A DNA stretch of 64,000 nt, from assembly GCA_965221165.1 (NCBI GenBank), contig CBDCRP010000002.1, forward strand, positions 896,001-960,000, read 5' to 3'. The notes under the pieces are model-generated. The model searched no databases, was not told the DNA's origin, and saw nothing but the letters and a program-made list of their open reading frames with translations. The position numbers and the translations under genes were made by a program. Shown in pieces: positions 10,731 to 20,218 of this stretch (within the stretch, counting starts at the first letter, position 1; every line of letters starts with the position of its first letter). The stretch comes from a bacterium (GTDB lineage: Bacteria; UBA8248).

Positions 10731-12174
10731 GCCGACGGGATTTGTGGAATTCGGCAGGGAAGCGCCCAGGACGAGGCCCGTGGACGAGCGCGTCCAGGAC
10801 TGGAACGTGGTCTACCTCCCCACACCGCACGAGACGCTCCAGCGCCAGGGTGCGCGGTGCATGGACTGCGGCATTCCCTTCTGCCATGAGGGATGCCCGC
10901 TGGGAAACCTGATTCCCGACTGGAACGACCTGGTCTACAAGGACTTATGGAAAGACGCCATCGATCGGCTCCACGCGACGAACAATTTCCCCGAGTTCAC
11001 CGGCTGGCTCTGCCCGGCTCCGTGCGAGGATTCCTGCGTTCTCACGATCAACGACTCTCCGGTGACGATAAAAGAGATCGAAAAATCCATCATCGAGCAC
11101 GCTTTCGAGCAAGGCTGGGTGGAGCCGACTCCCCCCGAAGTCCGCACGGGCAAGAAAGTCGCCGTCGTGGGTTCGGGTCCTGCGGGCCTGGCCGCGGCCC
11201 AGCAACTCAACTGGGCGGGGCACTATGTGACCGTGTTCGAGCGCGACGACAAGCTCGGCGGCCTCATGCGCTACGGCATACCGGATTTCAAGATGGACAA
11301 GACCTACATCGACCGGCGCACGCGCCAGATGGAAGAAGAGGGGGTGGCGTTCCGGGTGAACGCGAACGTGGGCGTCGACCCCAAGGTGTCCGACTTAGAG
11401 GAAGAGTTCGACGCGGTCGTGCTGGCCGCAGGCGCTCTGCAGCACAGGGATTTACAGATTCCGGGCCGCGAGATGGAAGGCATCTACTTCGGCATGCAGT
11501 ATCTCACCATGCAGAACCGAAGGCTCGCGGGCGAGGACATACCGGATGAGGAGTTCATCACCGCGCGCGACAAGCACGTGGTCGTCATCGGAGGCGGCGA
11601 TACGGGCGCCGACTGCGTGGGCACCGCGCACAGACAAGGGGCCAAATCCATCCGGCAGTTCCAGTACCACCCGCGTCCGCCGGACAAGAGAGACCTGCTG
11701 AGCGACCCCTGGCCGAACTACGCGCACATTTTCCGCACCCCACCGATCTATGAAGAAGGCGGTAAGCGCATCTTCCAGATTCAGACCCGCCGGTTTATGG
11801 GCGAAGACGGCCACGTCAAGAAAATCGACACCGTGCGGGTGGACGAAACCCAGGACGAGAACGGAAGGGCCGTATTCACAGAGATTCCGAATACGGAAGA
11901 AGAAATCGAAGCGGACCTCGTCCTCCTCGCCATCGGCTTTCAGGGGCCCGACTGTCATCCCCTGATGGACGAGTTGGCGCTCGAGCGCACCGAGCGCGGC
12001 GCGGTGGACCGCGATGAGCGATGGATGACCAGCGCGCCCGGCGTCTTCGTGGCGGGCGACATGATGCGCGGCGCCTCCCTGGTCGTCTGGGCGATTGCGG
12101 ATGGACGCTCCTGCGCCCGCGCCGTGGATAAATACCTGATGGGAGAATCCTACCTGCCCGCTCCGCTGGATTAG
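10723..12174 (+). CDS. gltD: Glutamate synthase small subunit
   Basis: MGKPTGF start, [22 protein letters not shown]; overlaps the gltB stop. Confidence 0.98.
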   Translation: MGKPTGFVEFGREAPRTRPVDERVQDWNVVYLPTPHETLQRQGARCMDCGIPFCHEGCPLGNLIPDWNDLVYKDLWKDAIDRLHATNNFPEFTGWLCPAPCEDSCVLTINDSPVTIKEIEKSIIEHAFEQGWVEPTPPEVRTGKKVAVVGSGPAGLAAAQQLNWAGHYVTVFERDDKLGGLMRYGIPDFKMDKTYIDRRTRQMEEEGVAFRVNANVGVDPKVSDLEEEFDAVVLAAGALQHRDLQIPGREMEGIYFGMQYLTMQNRRLAGEDIPDEEFITARDKHVVVIGGGDTGADCVGTAHRQGAKSIRQFQYHPRPPDKRDLLSDPWPNYAHIFRTPPIYEEGGKRIFQIQTRRFMGEDGHVKKIDTVRVDETQDENGRAVFTEIPNTEEEIEADLVLLAIGFQGPDCHPLMDELALERTERGAVDRDERWMTSAPGVFVAGDMMRGASLVVWAIADGRSCARAVDKYLMGESYLPAPLD

Positions 12175-12269
12175 GGGCGCGGACACCAACTATCCCACCA
12201 AATCCCCTCTCGAAACTGCACCTCCTGGGCGCTCAAAGGGTTCTATTTTTGAACGGACGGACAAAAGAG

Positions 12270-12298
12270 TTGACACGGCCGTTATTCCCGTATATTCT
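12270..12298 (+). promoter_or_regulatory. Sigma70-type promoter
   Basis: TTGACA-17 bp-TATTCT upstream of the ORF at 12347. Confidence 0.6.
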
Positions 12299-12346
12299 CA
12301 GTGCAATGCGAATGCAAAACGAATGTTATGCGAACGGAGTATCATC

Positions 12347-12718
12347 ATGAGCCAGGAAATTCTCACCGCCATCGCCAAGCTAGACGAGAAAACGACCGGC
12401 GCCATCGCCAAGCTAGACGAGAAAACGACCGGCGCTATCGCTAAACTGGACGAAAAAACAAGCAAGGCCGTTTCAGATATAAGAAACGAAATCGCCGCTT
12501 TCAGGAAAGAAACCAACCAGCGGTTCGAGGGATTGGAGCAACGGTTCAAGGGGATGGAGCAGCGATTCGAAGGATTGGAGCAGCGGTTCGAGGGAATGGA
12601 GCAGCGATTCGACAAACTTGAATCAGAGATGAGCGATGGTTTCGTAAAACTCGACGGCCGCATGGTGAGTTTGGAGGCGCAAGTAGAAGCCCTAAGAGAT
12701 AACAAGGAGTGGGAATAA
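12347..12718 (+). CDS. Coiled-coil repeat hypothetical protein
   Basis: GGAG RBS; AIAKLDEKTTG x3 and EQRFEG(L/M) heptads. Confidence 0.75.
   Translation: MSQEILTAIAKLDEKTTGAIAKLDEKTTGAIAKLDEKTSKAVSDIRNEIAAFRKETNQRFEGLEQRFKGMEQRFEGLEQRFEGMEQRFDKLESEMSDGFVKLDGRMVSLEAQVEALRDNKEWE
12368..12463 (+). repeat. 33-bp coding tandem repeat (about 3 units)
   Basis: GCCATCGCCAAGCTAGACGAGAAAACGACCGGC twice exactly, plus one diverged unit. Confidence 0.85.
12518..12613 (+). repeat. 21-bp coding tandem repeat (about 4.5 units)
   Basis: Variants of CAGCGGTTCGAGGGATTGGAG. Confidence 0.85.
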
Positions 12719-12830
12719 GGAACATACAAGGAAATCCCGTCCGGGAAATACCGCGCCCAAGGCAGGATTCGCCCCGCATCTTCCCAATCGCGGGTCAGGC
12801 CCTTCATACATCAAGCTGCACGAAAACCCA

Positions 12831-12860
12831 GAGGGGAGGCGAAAGCCTCTCCTCCTTTTT
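12831..12860 (+). terminator. Rho-independent terminator
   Basis: GAGGGGAGGC-GAAA-GCCTCTCCTC stem-loop followed by a T run. Confidence 0.65.
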
Positions 12861-12989
12861 GTCGCTTCCGATGATTCGACCATCAAGCCACATAATTACC
12901 GGAGGAACAAGCCCGGCAAAGCGCACCTTTGTCAAGCTCGTTGCTTTATCGCTCTGCTGCTGCGGAACCCCCTGCAAAATCGAAACGCC

Positions 12990-14003
12990 CTAATTCGCCA
13001 GCGCCTTGTTCTTGATGGGCCGGATATCGAAAACCCCGGGCTTTTTGATATCCACCATCACCTTCACGGCGTGCATGTGTTTCGCGCCGAAAACCTCGAG
13101 GGCAAGGAGGTTCGCCGCTTTTTTCTGGAGCGGGCGCGTGATCCGGTGTTTATGGCTGTCGCCGTAGATCAGCAGGACCGGCTTTTTGAACGCGACGGCC
13201 TTGGCCGTCAGCGCATCGCCGAACCTCTTGAAGCCCGATGCGCCCGAAAACGCTTCTTTTTTCCTGGAAAAAAACCCGGCCCTGAACATATCGGCGTGAA
13301 CCGCGAGCACGAGCGCCTTGGCGTTTGCGGCGATGGCCTTATCGAAACCCGCGTTCAGCCAGGCGACGTTCGCCTTATCGCGGGCGAAGAACTCCGCGAC
13401 GGCGCGCCGATCGCGCACCTCGAAGTTGTTGTTCGAACCCACGACGTGGGCCGTCACGAAATGCACGCCCTCTTTTACGAAGCGCGCGTTCTCGGGGTAC
13501 TTGTCGAAATCCTTCATGGCGTCCGGCTGGCGCACGAGCTTCATCGTGGCCTTGCCGAGCGAGCGCGGGCCGCCTGCGAAGAACGTCTTTCGCAAGAAGG
13601 CGAGCCTCTCGAGCGGCGAGAAACGGCCGGCTTTCTTGCGGTGGCAATCGGTCCATTCATTATCGCCGGGCGTGTAGACGAGAGGACCTTCGAAGGAATT
13701 CATGAAATTAAGCTGATCGCGCAGCATCTTGTCCGAACACGGGGTGGAGCCTGATTTGATGTCGCCTATGTGTATCGTGAAGGCGGGTTTCAGGGCGTTT
13801 ACCTGGGAGATCAACGTCCTGAACGGCCCGTAAACCTTCTCCGGCTTTCCGTAAGGCATGTCGCCGAGGGCCACGAACGTGAACGGCTTGTCGGCCGAGG
13901 CGGACCCCGCCGTCAGTATGAGGAGCGCCAGCGCGCAGAACAACGCGCCGAACCATTTGCGCAAGGGCAAAGCGAAATTCTTCATCGACCCCATTCCGTC
14001 CAT
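12990..14003 (-). CDS. Secreted calcineurin-like metallophosphoesterase
   Basis: Signal peptide; GDMPY, HIGD, PGDNEWTDCH, GDSH motifs. Confidence 0.85.
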   Translation of the reverse strand: MDGMGSMKNFALPLRKWFGALFCALALLILTAGSASADKPFTFVALGDMPYGKPEKVYGPFRTLISQVNALKPAFTIHIGDIKSGSTPCSDKMLRDQLNFMNSFEGPLVYTPGDNEWTDCHRKKAGRFSPLERLAFLRKTFFAGGPRSLGKATMKLVRQPDAMKDFDKYPENARFVKEGVHFVTAHVVGSNNNFEVRDRRAVAEFFARDKANVAWLNAGFDKAIAANAKALVLAVHADMFRAGFFSRKKEAFSGASGFKRFGDALTAKAVAFKKPVLLIYGDSHKHRITRPLQKKAANLLALEVFGAKHMHAVKVMVDIKKPGVFDIRPIKNKALAN

Positions 14004-14247
14004 CTCCTATTCATACCACAATAAAAGATTCGGCATCTCCGCCTAAGTACGAAGACGCCGTCCTAAAAACTGGAGATAACATCCGTTCCAAGACCTGTGT
14101 TTTTGTTTCTACTCACAGCCTGCAACAGGGTGGAATATAGAGAATAAATTTGGGGAAGGTGTTACAAAAAGGTGGCGATTCCATGTTTTTTCGACAAATC
14201 GAGACGCTGAACTGCGTCCGCGCCTCACCCGCGCAGCGGGGCGAAAC

Positions 14248-15153
14248 CTACCTGCGCCAATCCAGTCTCTCCGCCATGCGCAGGATGATGTCCGCTCGGT
14301 TGAGCGCGTAGATGTGGAAATGCCTGACGCCCATCGCCATCAACTCCTGAATCTGGGCCGCCGCCAGGTCTGCTGATTTTTCCTGAAACGCCTCAGGCTT
14401 ATCCTCGTAGGGCGCGAGAGCATCGACGACGCTTCCGGGCACGCTCGCCCCGCATTTTTGGGCGAAGCGCTGCACCTGCGCCACGTCGCGCACGGGCAGG
14501 ATGCCGGGGGCCAGGGGTATGCGCACGCCTCTTTTTTTCGTCTGCTCGAGAAACCGCTCCCAGACATGCGCCTCGAAAAAGAACTGGGAAGCCGCGTAAT
14601 CGACCCCCTCGTCCACTTTCTGGACGAAGTGATCCATATCCCTGGTCTTATCGGGCGTTTCGGGGTGGCCCTCGGGATAGCACGCCACGCCTATCGAGGA
14701 GAACCCGCCGAGAGCCTTCAGCCAGCGCACCAGGTCGGCGGCGTAGCGAAATCCGCCGGCCACGGCCTCATCGCGCGTCATTTCTTCGGGAATGTCTCCG
14801 CGAAGCGCCAGAATGTCGCGCACATCGTTTTCCTGATAAACCGCCATCAGGCGCGAGATTTCCGCCTCGTTCGCACCCACGCAGGTGAGATGCGCCACCA
14901 CGCGCCCCGGATAGCGCCTCGCCAGTTCGAGCACGAGTTCCAGCGTGCCCTCCCGCGTGGAGCCGCCCGCCCCGTAGGTGACCGAGGTGAAGGCTATATC
15001 CATCACCTCCTGAATCGCGGCCACCTCGCGCAGCGCGCGCTCCACGGCCTTGCGCCCCTTGGGCGGATAGAGCTCTATGGAAACGCTGACCTCAGGAGAG
15101 CGGATGCTCTCGATAATCGCGGACAATCCACTACCCCTGCCCGGCCCCGCCAT
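14248..15153 (-). CDS. metF: Methylenetetrahydrofolate reductase
   Basis: SIELYPPK, SVTYGAGGS, AHLTC, LALRGD, ACYPEGHPE, QFFF motifs. Confidence 0.93.
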   Translation of the reverse strand: MAGPGRGSGLSAIIESIRSPEVSVSIELYPPKGRKAVERALREVAAIQEVMDIAFTSVTYGAGGSTREGTLELVLELARRYPGRVVAHLTCVGANEAEISRLMAVYQENDVRDILALRGDIPEEMTRDEAVAGGFRYAADLVRWLKALGGFSSIGVACYPEGHPETPDKTRDMDHFVQKVDEGVDYAASQFFFEAHVWERFLEQTKKRGVRIPLAPGILPVRDVAQVQRFAQKCGASVPGSVVDALAPYEDKPEAFQEKSADLAAAQIQELMAMGVRHFHIYALNRADIILRMAERLDWRR

Positions 15154-15239
15154 ACGGACTCCGGGTGCATGAGAGACGCAAAAAAACGGGCACGGGGCAA
15201 ATCCACCCCGCGCCCAGCAACACGAAATCCAAAAACAGG

Positions 15240-15704
15240 TTAGCCCAGACCCTCGACAGCCGCAAAGAGTTTCTCATCGTCTGGCTTCTCGGGCGGAGCG
15301 GCCGTCACCTCCATGTAGGCGACGTTCCCCTCTTTGTTGACGAGAACCACCGCGCGGTTGCTGAACCCCTTATCGTTCAGGAACCCGTAGGCCGCACACG
15401 TTCCCTTGCCGAAGAAATCGCTCAGCAGCGGGAATTCGATGCCGTATTTCTCCGCCCAGGCGGCATGCGCGAACGGACTGTCCACGCTGATGCCGATAAC
15501 CTCGCAGTCGGCGGCGTCGAATTTCGCCTTCTCCGCCTGATAGGCGGGCAACTGCTCGCTGCACACGGAGGAGAAATCGAACGGGTAGAAGCAAAGGAGA
15601 ACGTTTTTCTCTCCGCGAAAATCACTCAGCTTCACCGTATCGCCCTCGGCGAGGGTTCTCGGCAGTTCAAAATCAGGTGCTGCATCACCTACGCTCAGAC
15701 TCAT
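15240..15704 (-). CDS. Peroxiredoxin (AhpE-like)
   Basis: [10 protein letters not shown] peroxidatic motif, GISVDS, PLLSDF. Confidence 0.9.
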   Translation of the reverse strand: MSLSVGDAAPDFELPRTLAEGDTVKLSDFRGEKNVLLCFYPFDFSSVCSEQLPAYQAEKAKFDAADCEVIGISVDSPFAHAAWAEKYGIEFPLLSDFFGKGTCAAYGFLNDKGFSNRAVVLVNKEGNVAYMEVTAAPPEKPDDEKLFAAVEGLG

Positions 15705-15717
15705 GAAATAGCCCCCC

Positions 15718-16305
<588 letters not shown>

Positions 16306-16556
16306 TTCGTTTTCTCCTAGATGGGAATGGAATGTTCCTATTCACATGGTAAAAACCAAACCAATGAGGCCGCGGCCTCGTACATTCTCAAAAAACCGCC
16401 GAATCACACGAGCGGCGAAAATAAGACGCTGCGGAGAAGTTTTTCATTTTTGCGCAAACTCGAATCTCTGCCCCTGGTTCACAAGAGGCCGCATTCTACT
16501 TTTAGGGATTAGCTTACGTCAAATCTCATCCTGCACGGAATCCGCCCGAGTCCCGT

Positions 16557-17455
16557 CTATTCGGGCGCGCCCATTCTCTGGATTTGGTCGAAATCGCGGT
16601 AGAGTAGCGATAAATCCTCCTCGATCATCCCCCGCGCGACGGCTTTTCGCAAAAACGCGAGGGTGCCCTCGGCCAACTGGACGTCCGCGCGGCGCTTTTT
16701 CCCGATGCCGACGGCTAACCCTACGTCTTTTTGCAGGTTGTAGATGCGCGCCTGCCCGTTCCACGCGCCCGAGAGGATGTTGTTGGGAAAGCGGTGGCGG
16801 CTTGCGTAGCTATAAGCCGTCGATGCGTTGAAGACGTCTATCATGTCCTCGACGCGCATCCCGAGCCGCTCGACGAGGCGCGCTCCCTCGCACGTCGCCA
16901 GAAACATCGTGTGAAGCACCATGTTGTGGATGAGCTTCATGGTGTGGCCGGAGCCCTGCGCTCCCAGATGAAAGGTGTTCGAAACGAAGGGTTTCAAGTA
17001 TTTCCTCGTGCGCTTAAGGAGCGCCTCGTCCCCCCCGATCATGAGCGTCAGCTTGCCCTCCAGGATGCCGGCCGGCCCGCCGCTCATGCCTGCGTCGAGA
17101 TAACCCGCGCCCGCGCGCTCGGCGCGCTTGGCCAGGCGTTTCGTCTTCGCCGGGTCCGAGGTCGTGAGGTCGTAGATAACCAGCCCTTTTCGCGCGTTTT
17201 TGAGCAATCCGTCCTTTCCCCGAAAACACGCCGCGATTTCATCAGAAGAAGGCACGACGAAGAAAACGACCGCGCAGGATTTCCCCATCTCACCGGGGGT
17301 GGCGAGCGTGACGCCCTTGGTCTTCTCGAACGGTCGGTGGCATCTTCTGAAACATCCCAGAGCATCAAGGGCATCTTCGCGCCGATGAACCGCTGCGCCA
17401 CGGGATTCCCCATGCGGCCCAGACCGATGACGCCCACGCTGTTTCGTTTCGCCAC
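16557..17455 (-). pseudogene. 3-hydroxyisobutyrate dehydrogenase-family oxidoreductase, frameshifted
   Basis: N-terminal GVIGLGRMG Rossmann motif in one frame (17455 to about 17338); DAGMSGG and MKLIHN body in another frame. Confidence 0.8.
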
Positions 17456-17495
17456 GTAACACCTCGGAGGGGATAATCCGGATGATGAATTCTGA

Positions 17496-17572
17496 TGGAG
17501 CCGACGACCGGACTTGAACCGGTGACCTGCTGATTACGAATCAGCTGCTCTACCTGTCTGAGCTACGTCGGC
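17496..17572 (-). tRNA. tRNA-Thr (CGT)
   Basis: GCCGACG acceptor stem, TTCGTAA anticodon loop, GGTTCAAGTCC T-arm, encoded CCA. Confidence 0.95.
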
Positions 17573-17756
17573 TGAAAGAGCATGGAACCCTGGTGAGGCT
17601 CGCGTTCCCCATGAGGATGGTATTGAACACGCCGCTCCCGCCTTCGTCAAGCCGAGAGGCGGCGAGACGGCCCGAAATTTGCGATTTCCCGCCACTTGTG
17701 GTTTCATTCTAAGGCTTGACTTGCGAGCCGACGCATCGTAAACCTCTTTTCTCTTT

Positions 17757-17829
<73 letters not shown>

Positions 17830-18007
17830 CTACAAATCACCCCGAACTTCATTCGGGTTCCGTTTAATTTCCGAAGGAACGCCCCTCCCCCCCATCGTTG
17901 GATGGGGAACGGGCTTGTTCCCATAGACGGCCGGGCCGGTTGGCGCGCCGTTTTGGAGGAACGCGGACTTTTAGACTGATTTTTTCATATTTTCTGGGAG
18001 ACACCGC

Positions 18008-18745
18008 ATGGACAGAAGCATCTGGGCGACCTGGTACGACCTGCCGAAAGAAGACGAAGAAGAGTACAACGACTGGCTGCACCACACGCACATCAAGGAT
18101 GCGCTCAAACGTCCCGGCTACATGTGGGCGGCCCATTATGAGCTCGTGGACAGGGAATCGCCCAAATCGAAGAAAAAAGACCACTTGGCCTACACGGACG
18201 ACCCATCGATCCCCGGCGGCACGGAGTTTCTTCTCCTCTTCGGGGCCGCGAGCGCGGAGGTATTCCTGAGTCCCAACCCGGCCCAGCTCAAAGAAACCTA
18301 TTCCGATGAAACGAACGCGATGCTCACCAAGAGAATCGGCGAGCGCACGGGCATCTTCACGGAAGTCGACAGGGTGAACGGCCCGGACGCAGCCACCCGC
18401 GCAGTCGGCGGCGTGCCCGCGCCGATAGTCCAGATGGGCACGTTCAACTGCTTCACGCCCGAGGACGATTTCGACCTGAGTTCCTGGTACGCGCAGGACC
18501 GCCTGCCCGCGATGAAGTACATGCGCGGCTGCGTCGGCACGCGCAAGCTCGTCTCCGTGGCGGGCTGGGCGAAGCACAGCATTTTTTATGAATTCGCCTC
18601 GCTCGAGAAAGTCCTCGAGCACTACCCGCGTGTGGACAAGCTCTTCCCGGGCGAGAACGACTGGTCGTATCACGTATGCCAGCGCCTGCTCCACGCGCCC
18701 GGCTCGCCCACGCGCGGCAAGCGCATCTGGCCGCCGGTGGAATAA
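18008..18745 (+). CDS. Hypothetical protein with two EthD/DUF4286-like alpha-beta barrel repeats
   Basis: EEEYNDWLHHTH...PG and DDFDLSSWYAQDRLP...GC repeated architecture; GGGAG RBS. Confidence 0.7.
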   Translation: MDRSIWATWYDLPKEDEEEYNDWLHHTHIKDALKRPGYMWAAHYELVDRESPKSKKKDHLAYTDDPSIPGGTEFLLLFGAASAEVFLSPNPAQLKETYSDETNAMLTKRIGERTGIFTEVDRVNGPDAATRAVGGVPAPIVQMGTFNCFTPEDDFDLSSWYAQDRLPAMKYMRGCVGTRKLVSVAGWAKHSIFYEFASLEKVLEHYPRVDKLFPGENDWSYHVCQRLLHAPGSPTRGKRIWPPVE

Positions 18746-18760
18746 GTGGAGGACGCACTC

Positions 18761-19333
18761 GTGAACTACATGAAACCTATCCGGGTCGACGAAGCCGAAG
18801 GTGAGACCGCGAAACTATTCGAAGGCGTGACGAAAATGCTCGGCCGCGTGGCGAATTCCTTCGCCGTCATCAAGACGAGCCACCTGAACGGGTGTGAATA
18901 CTGACTCGGGCACAATACGGCGCTCGGTCGAGACGCCGGGGTCACCGGAGAGCAGGTGCGCGAGATTTGCTCGGACGCCTATATGGACTCCCCTACGATG
19001 AGCCCAAGGGAGAAAACCGCCGTCCTGTGGGCGGAGCACGTGACGCGCAACACCGCCAAGACGCGCGACGACGTGTTCCAAGAGGTGCGGCGGCATTACG
19101 ATGATCGCGAATTCGTCGAACTCTCCATGGTCATCACCTACTTCAACATGAGAAACCGCTTTCAGGACGCCCTGCGCATTCCGCTGGATGAACCCAAGAC
19201 GATATCGGGCATCACGCTCGGGCGCAGGCAGGACCCGGAAAACCTCAAAACCTATTTCGAGGACATGGCGGCGGACTGGCCCGAGAGTTTCCCCGGGCCG
19301 GAGGAAGACGATAAAGGGGAGCGTAACGCATGA
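18761..19333 (+). CDS. AhpD/carboxymuconolactone-decarboxylase-like protein, probable selenoprotein (CxxU)
   Basis: GTG after GGAGGA; reads ...KTSHLNGCEY-TGA(18902-18904)-LGHNT... in frame with the 18956-19333 ORF; TGA sits at the second Cys of the AhpD CxxC..H motif. Confidence 0.85.
18918..18938 (+). promoter_or_regulatory. Bacterial SECIS-like hairpin
   Basis: CGGCG-CTC-[GGTC]-GAG-A-CGCCG; apical loop begins with G, 21 nt after the UGA. Confidence 0.72.
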
Positions 19334-19773
19334 ACGACAAGCCCGATTTCGTCTGGGAGAATTTACGGGTCGGCATGACCATCGGCGAGCGCAGCCTCAC
19401 GGTGACGCAAGAGATGGTGGACGCGCACTGCGACGCCGTGGGCGCAAAGCGGGAGTGGTATGAGGGCGCCTCTCCCGCAGGCGGCCCCATCGCGCCACCG
19501 ATGATATTCATCAACGACCTGCTCGCCATTTATGATGAGAACTACAAGCGCTTCGGCACCATCCACGCGAAGCTGGGCTACCGCTTCCACCGGCCCGTGC
19601 GCGTCGGCGAAACCGTGCATCAAAAAGTCACGGTCACGGACTTATACGTGAAACGCGAGAAAGGCTGGATAGTGAGCGAGCTTGCCGTTACGAACGAAGC
19701 GGGCGAATTGCTCTTGACCTCCTCTCATACTTCCGTTTTGAGCTTGACGAGAAAGCACCAGGATAATGACTGA
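19330..19773 (+). CDS. MaoC/hot-dog fold dehydratase-like protein
   Basis: IAPP motif, IHAK...FHRPVRVGE; ATGA-coupled to the AhpD-like gene. Confidence 0.8.
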   Translation: MNDKPDFVWENLRVGMTIGERSLTVTQEMVDAHCDAVGAKREWYEGASPAGGPIAPPMIFINDLLAIYDENYKRFGTIHAKLGYRFHRPVRVGETVHQKVTVTDLYVKREKGWIVSELAVTNEAGELLLTSSHTSVLSLTRKHQDND

Positions 19774-20203
19774 AGCGCGCACGGAACTCGAAAAAATGAA
19801 AATCGGCGACGCTCTGCCCGAGCGGACGTATGAAGTGGGCCGGGAGGATATCCTGAAATTCAACCGCTACGTCACCGGCGGCGTGGATACCAAGAACATC
19901 CACACGGACGATGAGGTGGCCCGAAAGGCGGGACTGCCCCGCGCGGTGGCGACGGGCCGCCACCCGGTGTCCTTCATCTCCGAACTCATGGCCGATCATC
20001 TGGGCATAGGCTTCATCACGGGAGGTGAACTGGATGTCTCTTTCGTGAAGCCCATCTTTCCGGGCGACGTGCTCCGCCTTTCGGCGACGCTGAAAGAGAA
20101 AAAACAAGAAAACGGGGGGGCGCGCTATATATTCGAAGTTTCATTCACGAACCAGGACGGCGTCGCCGTCACGCTCGGCACCGCCGGCGGTCGCCTTGCC
20201 TAG
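19766..20203 (+). CDS. MaoC-family dehydratase
   Basis: D..NIHTDDEVARKAGL...VATG hydratase motif; FVKPIFPGD. Confidence 0.85.
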   Translation: MTEARTELEKMKIGDALPERTYEVGREDILKFNRYVTGGVDTKNIHTDDEVARKAGLPRAVATGRHPVSFISELMADHLGIGFITGGELDVSFVKPIFPGDVLRLSATLKEKKQENGGARYIFEVSFTNQDGVAVTLGTAGGRLA

Positions 20204-20218
20204 CAGCCTCCACACCCC

